This document shows positions 37,305-48,054 of a DNA stretch of 64,000 nucleotides, piece by piece. Under the pieces are notes generated by a model that worked only from the letters and a program-made list of their open reading frames with translations, ran no database searches and had not been told where the DNA came from. Origin of the DNA: Tricharina praecox (lineage: Eukaryota); NCBI RefSeq assembly GCF_024521635.1, contig NW_026250404.1, forward strand, positions 1,240,001 through 1,304,000. The letters are read 5' to 3'. The position numbers and the translations under genes were made by a program. Numbering within the stretch: position 1 is the first letter of the stretch; every line of letters begins with the position of its first letter.

Positions 37305-39173
37305 ATGGCCGGGCGAGAAACAGAACGAGACATTGAGGCCGATTTGGGGACCGAACACCTCCCCGGCGACTCCGGCGCAGCCTTCAAAGCTCTGTCCGTA
37401 ACGCACCACGACACCGTCATCGAGACCGCGGACGGCCACCGTCTCCCCGGCGTCCCCCTCTCCGAGGCGAAAAAACTCAACGCGCTCAGAAGCAATGTTG
37501 CTTCTCCCGCCCCTTCCTGTTCCTCAGAGGACAAGAAAGCGGAGGAGGGTGGGAACACAACAATCGAGATGGCGCCCGCATTCACGGATCCGCTGTTCCC
37601 TCCCGTGCCGGTTTACGGTCCGGCGACGCCGCTCAGGAGGCTGCAGTGCGCGGTGTTCAGGGTCACCAGTGGGATACTCAGCCTGTCGTTTCTGGGGGTG
37701 GTGGTGATGGGCGCGATCGCGGAGTCGCTGCCGGAGTTTCTGCTGAGGAGGTGGAAGCGCGTTACTCTGGAGGATCCGGATCAAGGAAGGTTGTTCAGAG
37801 ATATCGAGATGGAGAGAAAATTGGAGAGGGAAAGGAATGGGCAGCCCGATGAGCTCAAGTGCGATATTGCGTATTACGCCCAGCGAGTCGGCCTCGATGC
37901 CGAGCTGTTGACGGTCGAGACGGAGGATGGTTTTTTGCTGGATCTGTGGCATGTTTTTGATCCGCAGAATCTGCCTTATTATCCTCCCGAGGTTCAGGAT
38001 GGCGAGAAGAACGAGGATGAGGATGAAGCCAAAGAACATACAAGGACTCGACTACCAAGGGAGACGGGGAAGCGGCCCAACGGAAAGTCAGGTGGCACTC
38101 GGTACCCAGTGTTGCTCATCCATGGGCTACTGCAGAGTGCTGGCGCTTACTGCGTCAACGACGAAGACTCGCTCGCGTTTCATCTCGTCCGCAGGTGTGT
38201 AGTTACAGTCCATCTTCCTCTTGTACAATACGAGACTGACCATTCTAGTGGCTACGACGTATTCCTAGGCAACAACCGTTGCGGCTTCAATCCCAGACAC
38301 ACAGTGCTCCACTACAGCGATCCGCGCATGTGGGCTTGGAACATCCGACAAATGGGCATTCTCGACCTGCCAGCCTTCATTTTCCCGATCCTCTCGCTTA
38401 CGGGATACCCCAAGGTTGCGCTCGTCGCGCACAGTCAAGGCACCACGCAGACCTTCGTCGCCCTCGCAAAACAGCAGCGGCCCGACCTCGGCGAAAAAAT
38501 CAGCGTTTTCTGCGCCCTCGCGCCGGCAGTTTACGCCGGTCCGCTGATCAACAAGTTCTACTTCAAATTCATGAAGCTGATCCCGCCGTCCGCGTTCCGG
38601 ATCGTCTTCGGAATCCACGCATTCATCCCGTTCATGCTCCTGATGCATAGAATCGTCCCCGCAAAGTTCTATGGGGAGCTGGGGTACCGCGTTTTTTGGT
38701 TCTTGTTTGGATGGAGTGATTTGAGGTGGGATCGTGGGCTGCGTGCTAGGTTCTTTCAGTTCGCGCCGGTGTATGTCAGTGCGGAGGCGATGAGATGGTG
38801 GCTGGGGAGAGAGTGTTTTGCGAAGCACAGGTGCATCCTAAGCACGCACTCTGCGGGGGAGTTGGAAACGCGGGGAAGCGATGGTGAGAAGGAGTTGGCG
38901 GAGAGTCCCGAGAGGGGTGGCGGCGCATGGTTCGATAATCGCTTTCCGAAGCTGGCGCTGTGGGTTACCGGAGCAGATGATTTGGTTGACGGCAGGAAAC
39001 TGGTGAGGAGATTCGAGGAGGGGAGGGAGCCGGAAGTCGATCTCGTGTGGAAGAGTGTACTCGAAGAGTATGAGCACCTCGATGTCATCTGGGCCATCGA
39101 TGCGAAGAAGAGGGTGTTTGACGAGGTCGTAGATGTCATCGGAACGTGTAAAGAGGAGGAGGAGAGGAAGTAG
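37305..39173 (+). CDS. Membrane-anchored alpha/beta-hydrolase lipase / steryl-ester hydrolase (Tgl1/Yeh1/Yeh2 family); probable in-frame intron 38195-38248
   Basis: VETEDGFLLDLWH, PVLLIHGLLQS, GYDVFLGNNR, nucleophile AHSQG, DDLVD and YEHLDVIWA, plus one N-terminal TM helix. Confidence 0.93.
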   Translation: MAGRETERDIEADLGTEHLPGDSGAAFKALSVTHHDTVIETADGHRLPGVPLSEAKKLNALRSNVASPAPSCSSEDKKAEEGGNTTIEMAPAFTDPLFPPVPVYGPATPLRRLQCAVFRVTSGILSLSFLGVVVMGAIAESLPEFLLRRWKRVTLEDPDQGRLFRDIEMERKLERERNGQPDELKCDIAYYAQRVGLDAELLTVETEDGFLLDLWHVFDPQNLPYYPPEVQDGEKNEDEDEAKEHTRTRLPRETGKRPNGKSGGTRYPVLLIHGLLQSAGAYCVNDEDSLAFHLVRRCVVTVHLPLVQYETDHSSGYDVFLGNNRCGFNPRHTVLHYSDPRMWAWNIRQMGILDLPAFIFPILSLTGYPKVALVAHSQGTTQTFVALAKQQRPDLGEKISVFCALAPAVYAGPLINKFYFKFMKLIPPSAFRIVFGIHAFIPFMLLMHRIVPAKFYGELGYRVFWFLFGWSDLRWDRGLRARFFQFAPVYVSAEAMRWWLGRECFAKHRCILSTHSAGELETRGSDGEKELAESPERGGGAWFDNRFPKLALWVTGADDLVDGRKLVRRFEEGREPEVDLVWKSVLEEYEHLDVIWAIDAKKRVFDEVVDVIGTCKEEEERK

Positions 39174-39371
39174 GGGATTTACTATGTCCATGGGTGGCGT
39201 CGGCGTTGAGGGTTGGCCAGTACATACACACACATAATACCCTTTCCTTCTGTTTGTTTTGGTCATGTAAATAGCTCGCACATTATTTTTCCATTCGGTC
39301 AACTGCCACGTAACTAGAATTTTTGAAGTAATCCTGCTATTAATTCTCACCACGACCCCTACTCGTGCTTA

Positions 39372-39596
39372 TCACGCTTGCTGCCCGGGTCGGGGGCCCG
39401 GGTCGGGGCCACGATTAGCAGGCTTCAATCCAGCCAACCACATGATGCCTCGCATCTTCAACCACAGCCCCAGATGCTTGATACCACACAGTTCGCAACG
39501 CTGGTGTCCACATTCACGACACCTATCGGTGCCACCGCTCGTGGCGATCTTGCACTTGGAGCAGCGCCATCGGTAGCCGGGGTTAAGTGGTGACAT
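39372..39596 (-). CDS. Small Cys/His zinc-ribbon-like protein (74 aa)
   Basis: WRCSKC-x10-CRECGHQRCELC pattern (three CxxC plus His) and a CT-rich leader upstream of the ATG. Confidence 0.6.
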   Translation of the reverse strand: MSPLNPGYRWRCSKCKIATSGGTDRCRECGHQRCELCGIKHLGLWLKMRGIMWLAGLKPANRGPDPGPRPGQQA

Positions 39597-41288
39597 TACG
39601 CAGGACGTGAAATCAGTACCAGGTCGGTAGAGGATGGGGAGGAGGAGGAAGAGGAGGAGGGGGTGCTGGGAAAAATGGCATCGCCACGGGTTTTTATTGG
39701 CGCAACGGAGGTGTTCAGCTCGACCAGCAGCGGTGTGTTCGAGTGTGAGTAGGCGCGATCGAGACGAGTAACATGGACGTGTCCGCGACGCTCACGTGGG
39801 TAACCAGCGGTGTGTACACACATACATACGAAGACTTGGCTGGAAACTGTGTTGCGTGCGGGGAGCGGCGAGAAGCATCGTCTGCAAAAACGTGTCGTTT
39901 CGAGGCCGATATATGTACCTTCTGTGAGGAAGTTGTGGGGAGGGGGCTCCCTCTCGTCTCATGATCAACCCACATCGCCGGAGATTTCGCTAGAATATTG
40001 GTATGCATAATTCGGAGAGCCGGCTTGGAACACTTTGTTTTTTTTATTTACTCATTGAACCGGCTTGGAAGACTCACGATGCTGAAGTCGAAAAAACACA
40101 TCATGCATGAGTGCTATTTGGTGACGGTCCCTTATTCTGTGTATAATCACACGAGTGATGGGGGTAGATATTGCTATTGCCACGAGCGTGATGTCCGTAT
40201 GTATGCCATATCGTCTCCATAAATACATCGTGAGCGCCTGCAAGCTGACCACCCCGCATATAAGTCGCACAGTTCCAACGTACCCGGCGTTCCGGCGAGG
40301 TTGCGTTCTCTGAATGATAATCAAAACCTCTTGAACCCGTTCCACTGGGACGGGCAAACCTTCGAAAGCACATGACCGAGTGGGGGCAGAGCCATGATTA
40401 GTGGTAGTTATGTAAGAATGGATACGGCAGCTCTGGCGGCTCAAGCCTCACGGCCTGCACAATCCAAGATTCGGTACGCTTGTTCGGCATCCGTCCCGAG
40501 CCGGGAGCCACGTTTCAGGCATGAGAGTTATCCAGAGTATTCCATGCGCGTTGCACCGGAGAAGGCGCACGCACGCACGCCCGTTCGAGACATCCGCATG
40601 TATGTGGAGAAGTGTGCGTACATCCGCAATCTGTACTCCGCCTATGTAGCCGCTGGCTGGATCGAGCGCGACTCTGCTGCGCATGCAATTTGTAAAGCTG
40701 AGCTCACCCACCATGCACCATGAACTCGCTACTCCGGATCCCCATCAGCTTGGTGAATAAGCATTCGGAGTAATAATATATTGACGGACAAAATGGACGG
40801 GTTCCTGGCATCTGCAGGGAACAGAATCACTGTGATTGGTCCTAACTAGTGCAAAAATAAGAAAAGTTCCTGAACGCACTGCCTGTCGCTTCCCTCCCGG
40901 AAATAAAAAAATTCTGCTATCCGAGCGTCACGTGGTACGCCCAGCGGGGTGGTTCCGGTGAGTGCTCAACCCAACACCTTGATTTGCAAGCAGCCATAAG
41001 CAGGAATTATTGAGCATCGCACGTGGCACTAACTACCAAACTTCCATTTCTGGCAATCAACCGTTTGCGCCAGCCGCCACACGTACCTAGCTCGGATGAT
41101 GGAATCCACTAGTAGTAGAATCTCAACCTCAAGGAAAACCCCACCTGGGTGAACTTCGGATCTGAGAGATCGCCGGATCGCATGGATGGAATTGTGTCGT
41201 AGCGCCACCTGAAAACCCTCTATTATTCGGAATGCTGTCCAAGATCCCAATCGCCTTTATAACCGGCCTTCTCCTCGTAGTCCCATTC

Positions 41289-42164
41289 ATGTTTTCTGCC
41301 ATCATCTTCAACACACTCAAGTCCACTTCCATCAGATCAACACTTCCTCGCACCTTCAACCCCACCACAATCACCAGCCGTTTCTTCTCAACCAAACCCG
41401 CAAACATGACTCTCTCCGCCGCTACCTTCCTCGAGGCCGTCAAGCACCGCCGCAGTCACTACGCCCTTGAGGCCAAGTCCCCGATCGCCGACTCCAAAAT
41501 CGTCGAGATCATCCAGGAGACCGTGAAGCACGTTCCCAGCAGGTACGCATCTCTCTCCTCTCTCCCGTCTCCACAACTCCGCAAGTACATATCCCCGACT
41601 CACACGTACCCTCTAGCTTCAACTCGCAGACCGCCCGCGCCATCGTTCTCCTCGGAAAGGAGCATCAGAAGCTGTGGGACATCACGATCGAGTGCCTGCG
41701 CCCGATCGTCCCCGCCGATGCCTTCCCCGCCACTGAGGGAAAGCTCAACATGTTCAAGGCCGCCTACGGCACCGTTCTCTGGTTCGAGGACCAGACCGGT
41801 GTCAAGGCCATGCAGGACGCTTTCCCCATCTACGCCGACAAGTTCCCCATCTTCTCCGAGCACGCTTCGGGAATGAACCAGTACGTCGCGTGGACCGCGC
41901 TCGAGGCCGAGGGCTTCGGTGCTAACCTCCAGGTATGTTACCCCCCCCCCCCCCCCCCTCCTGCTACTATGTATGTTCCACGAGCTATTGCTGATGTCCG
42001 TATAGCACTACTCCCCCATCATCGACGAGAAGGTCCGTGAGGAGTGGAACGTCCCCGAGAGCTGGCTCCTGGAGTCGCAGCTCGTCTTTGGAACTCCCAC
42101 CGCTGTGCCCGGAGAGAAGACCTTCAACCCCATCGAGGACCGCGTCAAGGTGTACGGTGCTTAA
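41289..42164 (+). CDS. Nitroreductase-like protein, HBN1/FRM2 family; introns 41543-41616, 41933-42005; second in-frame ATG at 41406
   Basis: FLEAVKHRRSHYAL, HVPS|SFNSQ, AYGTVLWFED, WTALEAEGFGANLQ|HYSP and QLVFG after splicing. Confidence 0.93.
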
Positions 42165-42756
42165 ATTGCACAAGCTTGGGCGTTTGTTTGGATTCTGTTG
42201 TTTTAGCGTTTTGGGCTAGTTTGGGCAATCTTTTTCGCAGAATAGAACTTGGTTGATACCTATCCTCTGATCATAATCATTCCGGACGTGAAGCTTCGCT
42301 GCAGAGTAGATATGTGTGCACGAGTAAAAAAAACGATGTGGCTAGGTAGGCATCCGGAGTCCGGACCTCCTCGTGAAGCGGTTTCCAGGGACTCCGAGCG
42401 TGCCGGAATGTTTGGATGCCTTTATTCCCAGCCGAATGTGCCAACACCGGAGCCATCCATCGGAGGCTTTTTTCTCGGATATGCGAGAGTCACTGCGGAT
42501 CCGGTCGCCAGTATTGTCGACGGAGTGGACTGCCCAATCCTACAGATGCCGTGCTACCCTTGCAACTCGTGAAACCGTTCATAGTAGACGCCCCACAGAT
42601 AGCTCTTCCAAACAACGACCGATCGGATATTCGCTGCCGAAGTGTCGCACGGCTGCGGCGAGCCCTGGGAATCAGATGGAGCATACTAGTAATAGTAATC
42701 AGCTGTCCAGGCCGAGAGCCGGTCATAAATCCTGCGGTTCACGGCACAGATAAGCG

Positions 42757-42829
42757 GCTCTCGTAGCTCAGGGGTTAGAGCGGTCGATTGCAGATCGACA
42801 GGTCCCTCGTTCAAATCGGGGTGGGAGCT
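42757..42829 (+). tRNA. tRNA-Cys(GCA), copy 2, identical to 29470-29542
   Basis: Same 73-nt cloverleaf sequence base for base. Confidence 0.97.
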
Positions 42830-42834
42830 TCTCA

Positions 42835-42968
42835 TTTTGCTTTCGCTTTTATTCAACAAGCTTTCTTTGCTTTTGCTTTTATTCAACAAGCTTTTGCTTT
42901 CGCTTTTATTCAACAAGCTTTCTTTGCTTTTGCTTTTATTCAACAAGCTTTTGCTTTCGCTTTTATTC
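42835..42968 (+). repeat. Higher-order T-rich tandem repeat (alternating 27- and 30-bp units, 57-bp period) directly after tRNA-Cys copy 2
   Basis: TTTTGCTTTCGCTTTTATTCAACAAGC (42835, 42892, partial 42949) alternates with TTTCTTTGCTTTTGCTTTTATTCAACAAGC (42862, 42919). Confidence 0.95.
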
Positions 42969-44419
42969 GTGCGACGGATGGCGTTTTTCGCGTGGGTTTG
43001 TCGCACAGTCAAATGGCAGGCGTCCATTCCGATTAGGCTTTGCCTCTAGAGTCCGGGCTATGCCAATAATAGTCAGGCTCGGATCGCTCTCTCGTAACCG
43101 TAACGTAACGTAAGCATCCACAGCGGGTACTAGTGGCCGGCCTGAGTGGGCCGTGCACTCTGTCGACCAAAGAGACGGATCACGGATTTCGGGTGGTCCT
43201 CTTCTCTCCCTCTAGACGAACTGATGGCTTCGGCCTGGCCTGGCCGGGCCTGAGGCAAAACGGGCATGAGGCAAAACTTTAACGGGCCCAATGCTCAATG
43301 CTTTTGGGTTGAAGGAACCACTTATATACCGGCATGTACCTGCCTGGGTAACGATCAGGCCACCGGCAGCGCGCAAGACCCGAAGTTCAGCTCCACATGA
43401 CCCTCTTCCTCCGCTCCCGCTCCCGCTCCCCCTCTTACCCCTTGGCCTTACGCAGTACCTGGTCCCGGCAGACTATCCTTGCGCCAGCGATTGAAGGTCC
43501 ACTCAGCCTCTCCAGTACTGTCCAGGCCCAGTTACCAACTTGCTAGCCTTGTGGTACTGTATTCGCTTTGGCGGATTACTACAGTGTGCGGCGCAGTGGC
43601 AAATTATTCTCGTATTGATCGTATAGAACGATCCTCCACGAGCAGAGTGGCTGCGTAGGTGCCTACCGTATGTATTACATACGGACTCGATACCTACTAT
43701 GTAAATAGACGAAGCGAAACCCCCATGCGACACAGGGTCCACGAGGTACACAGAGTGTACCTACATACATACGATGTACCCAACGCATTGGTAAGGTACC
43801 GCAACGGATGACGTGCGAAGGAGAACAACATCTACTGGTGTACCTACCTACTCTATGCACAGCGAGGAATGCTGGGATTTTTTTGCAGGATGATCTATCG
43901 GGCGGTCTTGCATCGTACCTTGAATACCTATTGACTCACGGTGGAACACTCGTCGGTTTTGCCAGAATAGCTAATTGATCAGTCCTCGCCGCGTTTCTGT
44001 TACGCTATATTGCCAACACGTTGGATGCCTACATACATGTTGTATTTCCTAGCGTGGCGCCGACGGAGGTCCTGGGACCTGCATGACAGTGGGGGGTATG
44101 TACCCATATGTGCGGGTATTATTAAGACCTCCGCTGAGTCTGCTCTTCGGCAATTTAGCGCAGGGCTTTCGCCTCTTTCATTCCGCTTCCTCGTCGTGCC
44201 GATTCGCTGTGTTGCACTCGTCGCCTGGGATAACTGAAAACCCTAGTTATCGCAAGGAAAGGGGCAGTCATAGCTACAAGTGAGTGAGTGATTACGGTAC
44301 TTATATGTAGGCGCTGGCGGTCTCTTGCACGCTTTTTCGATAGTATTGCTGCCCCGCACACCGTGATCTTCGCCCTCGTTTTTCCTTCCTTCTACGGTAG
44401 CAACCCTGCGGATTTCGAA

Positions 44420-45334
44420 ATGCAGTTCTCATTTACAATACTACTCGCGGCGGCTGCGGCAGGCGTCGTCGTTGCCGCTCCTGGTCAGGGGTATTACGAC
44501 CAGCAGCATTATTTGCGGGCCCGAACCACTACGAATACTGTACGTGTGCCCGCAGATACCTCTCGTGCGTAACTATAGTACATTGCTAAAACTTCGTGGT
44601 AGGAAACGTAATCCCTCTCTCTTCCTCATGGCCAGCCCACCGCTCTATACTCTAGGCGGCAATGATTGGTACATGCTCACAGCGAGTTAGCGCTGATGGA
44701 TTCCCATAGTATCACTCGCACCCCGCCGGCGAACCGATATGGCCCAACTACCGTCCCCGTGCCCGACTATGTCACCGCTATAACCATCACCGCACCAGTT
44801 CCCCGTGCCGCGACAGCCTCTCTTGCCGCTGACGGCCCCGGTGGGATCATCGCGGATACCCCTGCACCGGCGGCATGCAAGCAGCCATCAGCCGTCGCGA
44901 ACGGCGGATTCGAAACCGGGCTCTCTCCATGGACATCTTCCGACTCCGCAAACGCAACCATCTCCGTATCAACATCCGCCGCAGTCGCGCGCACCGGCGC
45001 CGGCTACATATCCGTACGGGCCAGCCGCGCTCCCGCTAGCGCTACAATATCGCAGACAATATCGGTGTGTCGCGGCACGGAGTACACATTTTCGTTTTGG
45101 GTGCAGAAGTCGGGTGCAGTGGCAGCGTCGGGGTGCACGGCTGTGCTCTCGCTGGATGGGATGGCGTTCGCGGTCGTCATCCCCGGCGTGCAGACTGGCT
45201 GGGTGCGATCCATAGCGGTGGGAACGTACATACCAACGACGGACGAGGCGGTGCTGGCTGTAACGGTTAGCTGTATGGATGCCGCCGACTCAGCGGAGCT
45301 TCTCGTCGACGATGTCACACTTTCGCTTGCCTAG
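44420..45334 (+). CDS. Secreted protein: signal peptide, Thr/Pro linker, C-terminal CBM4/9-like (galactose-binding-like) beta-sandwich; introns 44540-44602 and 44608-44709 around a 5-nt microexon
   Basis: MQFSFTILLAAAAAGVVVAAP signal peptide. The NGGFETGLSPW...ISQTISVCRGTEYTFSFW...W...LLVDDVTL pattern is typical of CBM_4_9-like modules. Confidence 0.75.
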
Positions 45335-47710
45335 GAGGTGGGTAGTGGTTGGTTGTATATACGAACGGGAGGAATGCGGGCTGTTGGGGAGCGGCAAGGT
45401 GTATTCCTGTACTAGTAGTGTGCATTTTGTATTATTATTACTACCTATTAGATGTGGATGCGTGGATGGATTCCCCACACCAAACAGGTCCGGGTGTCCA
45501 TCGAGTCACTGGGGGCGAAGGGACATCGCGTGCTGTTTATGGCGTATCCGTCGTGATCCGGAAGGAATGCTTTCGATATCACTCTATCACTCTGTGGTTT
45601 TCATAGAGGTCATATCGACGATGAGCACCTACATACATCGGTCCGCCACCCAATCTCGATCTCGATCTTGAGTGGGGGGGAATCATTTTATTGACGTGTC
45701 TATAGACCTAAGTAGATCACGACGTCCACACCAAAGAGAGCCACCGCCGCGAGACTCGCTAATCGGCGTCTCGCCTGCCCGCGAGAGAGAAGTACACTAT
45801 CCAATTTCGATCTCGAGTGTCCTATACGGGGGAGGGTCATGCGCAGCGTTTACGGTCTCCAGAGCGGTGCGGATCGAGAGAAATCAAACGCAACCTCCCC
45901 CTCCCCCACTACATCTAACCATTGCCTGTGTGGGGTTGCTTGCATGCATGCATGTGCAACGGGCTCGCTCTGAGCCCGAGCCCCACCGGCGGACAACGGA
46001 AACCTCGACGGACGCCATCGGTAAACCGCAGCGAATGTGATGCGACCTGCGGCCGACACGCGAAGCCGCGGCTACGGACGTGGGCTCATGTGTGTGTGTC
46101 CGAGTGCGATCGTGTGAATGGATGGTATGGTGAGAAGCTGAAGGGCCAGCTTACATAGTACTAAAAGTCCAGATAGTGGGCAATCAGAATTTCTGTAGAT
46201 AGATTGTGGCATTCCAAGCATACATAAGAGGTAACGCCAATGTGTGCTTCGTCCACGGAAGCAGATGAATAGGTAGCTGAGGTGAGACACGATAGTGCCT
46301 TTTCGCACAGTTTGTCACTCAAAAGAAAAGAAAAGAAAAGAAAAAGGGGCATTCGTTTCGAACGCACATGTGTAAACGATAACAGCAAGAAACAGAATTT
46401 CAAAATTTGCCCCCGTGGCTCAACGCCGCCTGCGTATTCCAACCCCCCCTCTCCCCACTAACCTGAAAGCGGCCGGAGTTCAAACTCCTCAGAAAACCCA
46501 TGACGCCCATCAATTCGCATGTTTTCTGCGCAATGGTGTTCAAGTACCTACGCCCTGAGTCCACTGATCTGTACCCCCGGATCCCCGGTTCTTTCTCATG
46601 ATCTCATCGCAAAGTAAATAGCCATCCTTCGGCTGTCTTCGGTTGTAGTTTGCATGTAGTTATGTATGATTCATCGAATCATGCCACCCAGAGCTGAGAG
46701 TGCCTACCTATAGACAGACCCTAGTTCTTCCTCGTCCAGCCAAACTCTCGATTCTAGATAACCAGATAATAAACAAACATGCCAGAGTCTGCGCCGCCGC
46801 CTCTGGCGCCGCATAACCCCTATGCATCCGTCATGTGCCCATGTGTCCATGTGGGGGTGCCCGGGGGTAGGAACGGCAATCCATCGATAGGGTGCGGTGG
46901 TGGTGGCGATTTCTTCCCCTCCCCCCTGTCCTTTCAACGATAGCAAACATGCTGAATCGAAAGTGCGTTTTTTTCGAGGAGACCAGAATCGCGCCGCAGG
47001 TCCGCAGCTTTATACTCCGATGGCCATATCTCCACGGAGGTATGTCCGCATGCTCGGAGCAGTTCCGCACCGTATGTACCGTATCGATACACTCGCCGAT
47101 TGCCCAGTAGTTGGATAAAAAAGCTTGTTTCCAACCAAGCCAATCACTAGACTCGGAGTGGTTGGTAGGGAGGTATCCAACGGAGCTGGGCGTCTCTTGG
47201 CCAGAGATCCTGACAGGGTGCATCCCCATAAGCGAGACTAGGCCCCTTCTCTCTGGAGGCAGGTCACAGATGCGATGCCATATGGTGTAGAGGTGTAAAT
47301 CGAGCTGCAAGGCTCAGTGGGCCCGGCATGGAAGGGCACGAGACATCATGGCATGGACGCTCCACTTTCCGGCTGGGTATATTAATAATCCATTCCTCTC
47401 TTGCAAGTTGTTGGTAGGACTGAAAAACTCGAGACCGCAGCTACATACGAGTACGATGTAGGTAGGTAGTCGCTGTTGGGGTGCAGAGGAGTGTCCGCGA
47501 AACTCCGAAGCCGCCCAGCAGCCAGCTATGGCTACGGGTGTGCAGTGAGGAAATCTACGCAAAGTCGTTAGAATTTAGAATGTGTTTATCGCCAGTCATC
47601 AGGGGAATAGAGTAGATAACTATACGGACGACATGAGTCCTACATATCCTCGGCTCGGCATTCATTCAAGTACCTGGTACGACTCTGTCCCCCCGGAACT
47701 TGTGAAGTTG

Positions 47711-47738
47711 CCCCCCCCCCCCCCCCCCCCCCCCCCCC
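47711..47738. repeat. Poly(C)28 homopolymer
   Basis: 28 consecutive C; a similar C18 run lies in the nitroreductase intron at 41941-41958. Confidence 0.9.
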
Positions 47739-48054
47739 GGCGTCAAAGATTACTGAAGCGACCTGTCAAGTACCATGTCCCAATGTCTCATCGTTTTTTA
47801 GTTACCGTGTTTGTTCCGATTCCATCTTCGTTTTGGCGAATGACGGCTGCCTACCAACTAGTAGCCAGCCGAGGAGACCAGGTGTCTGCCATGCGGAAGT
47901 CTTTCCACCCCCCCAAAGCCCTGCGAAAGCCGTTAATATATTAGCAGATTCAAACGAGTCAAAGAGAAATATTGCATGCTGGAAGATCTAGAGAGGACAT
48001 CAATCTACTGTCGCATACGGCCAGTGTAGACTAACTATGACGACCTGTTGCATA

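Noticed and set aside
40222..40723. Frame open on both sides of a single TGA (~40374), possible readthrough gene or pseudogene
   Set aside because: No recognisable homology or start context; consistent with chance.
41232..41288. Further upstream ATG giving the nitroreductase a signal-peptide-like start
   Set aside because: It lies upstream of the likely TATA at 41258, so it is probably not transcribed.
29470..42829. tRNA-anchored genomic island or Starship bounded by direct repeats
   Set aside because: No tyrosine recombinase/integrase or captain gene; both tRNAs are complete; the interior includes core housekeeping genes.
42835..42968. Repeat-spacer look (constant 20-bp core with intervening sequence) suggesting a CRISPR array
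   Set aside because: Intervening parts are only 7-10 nt and alternate identically; eukaryotic context and no cas genes. It is a tandem repeat.
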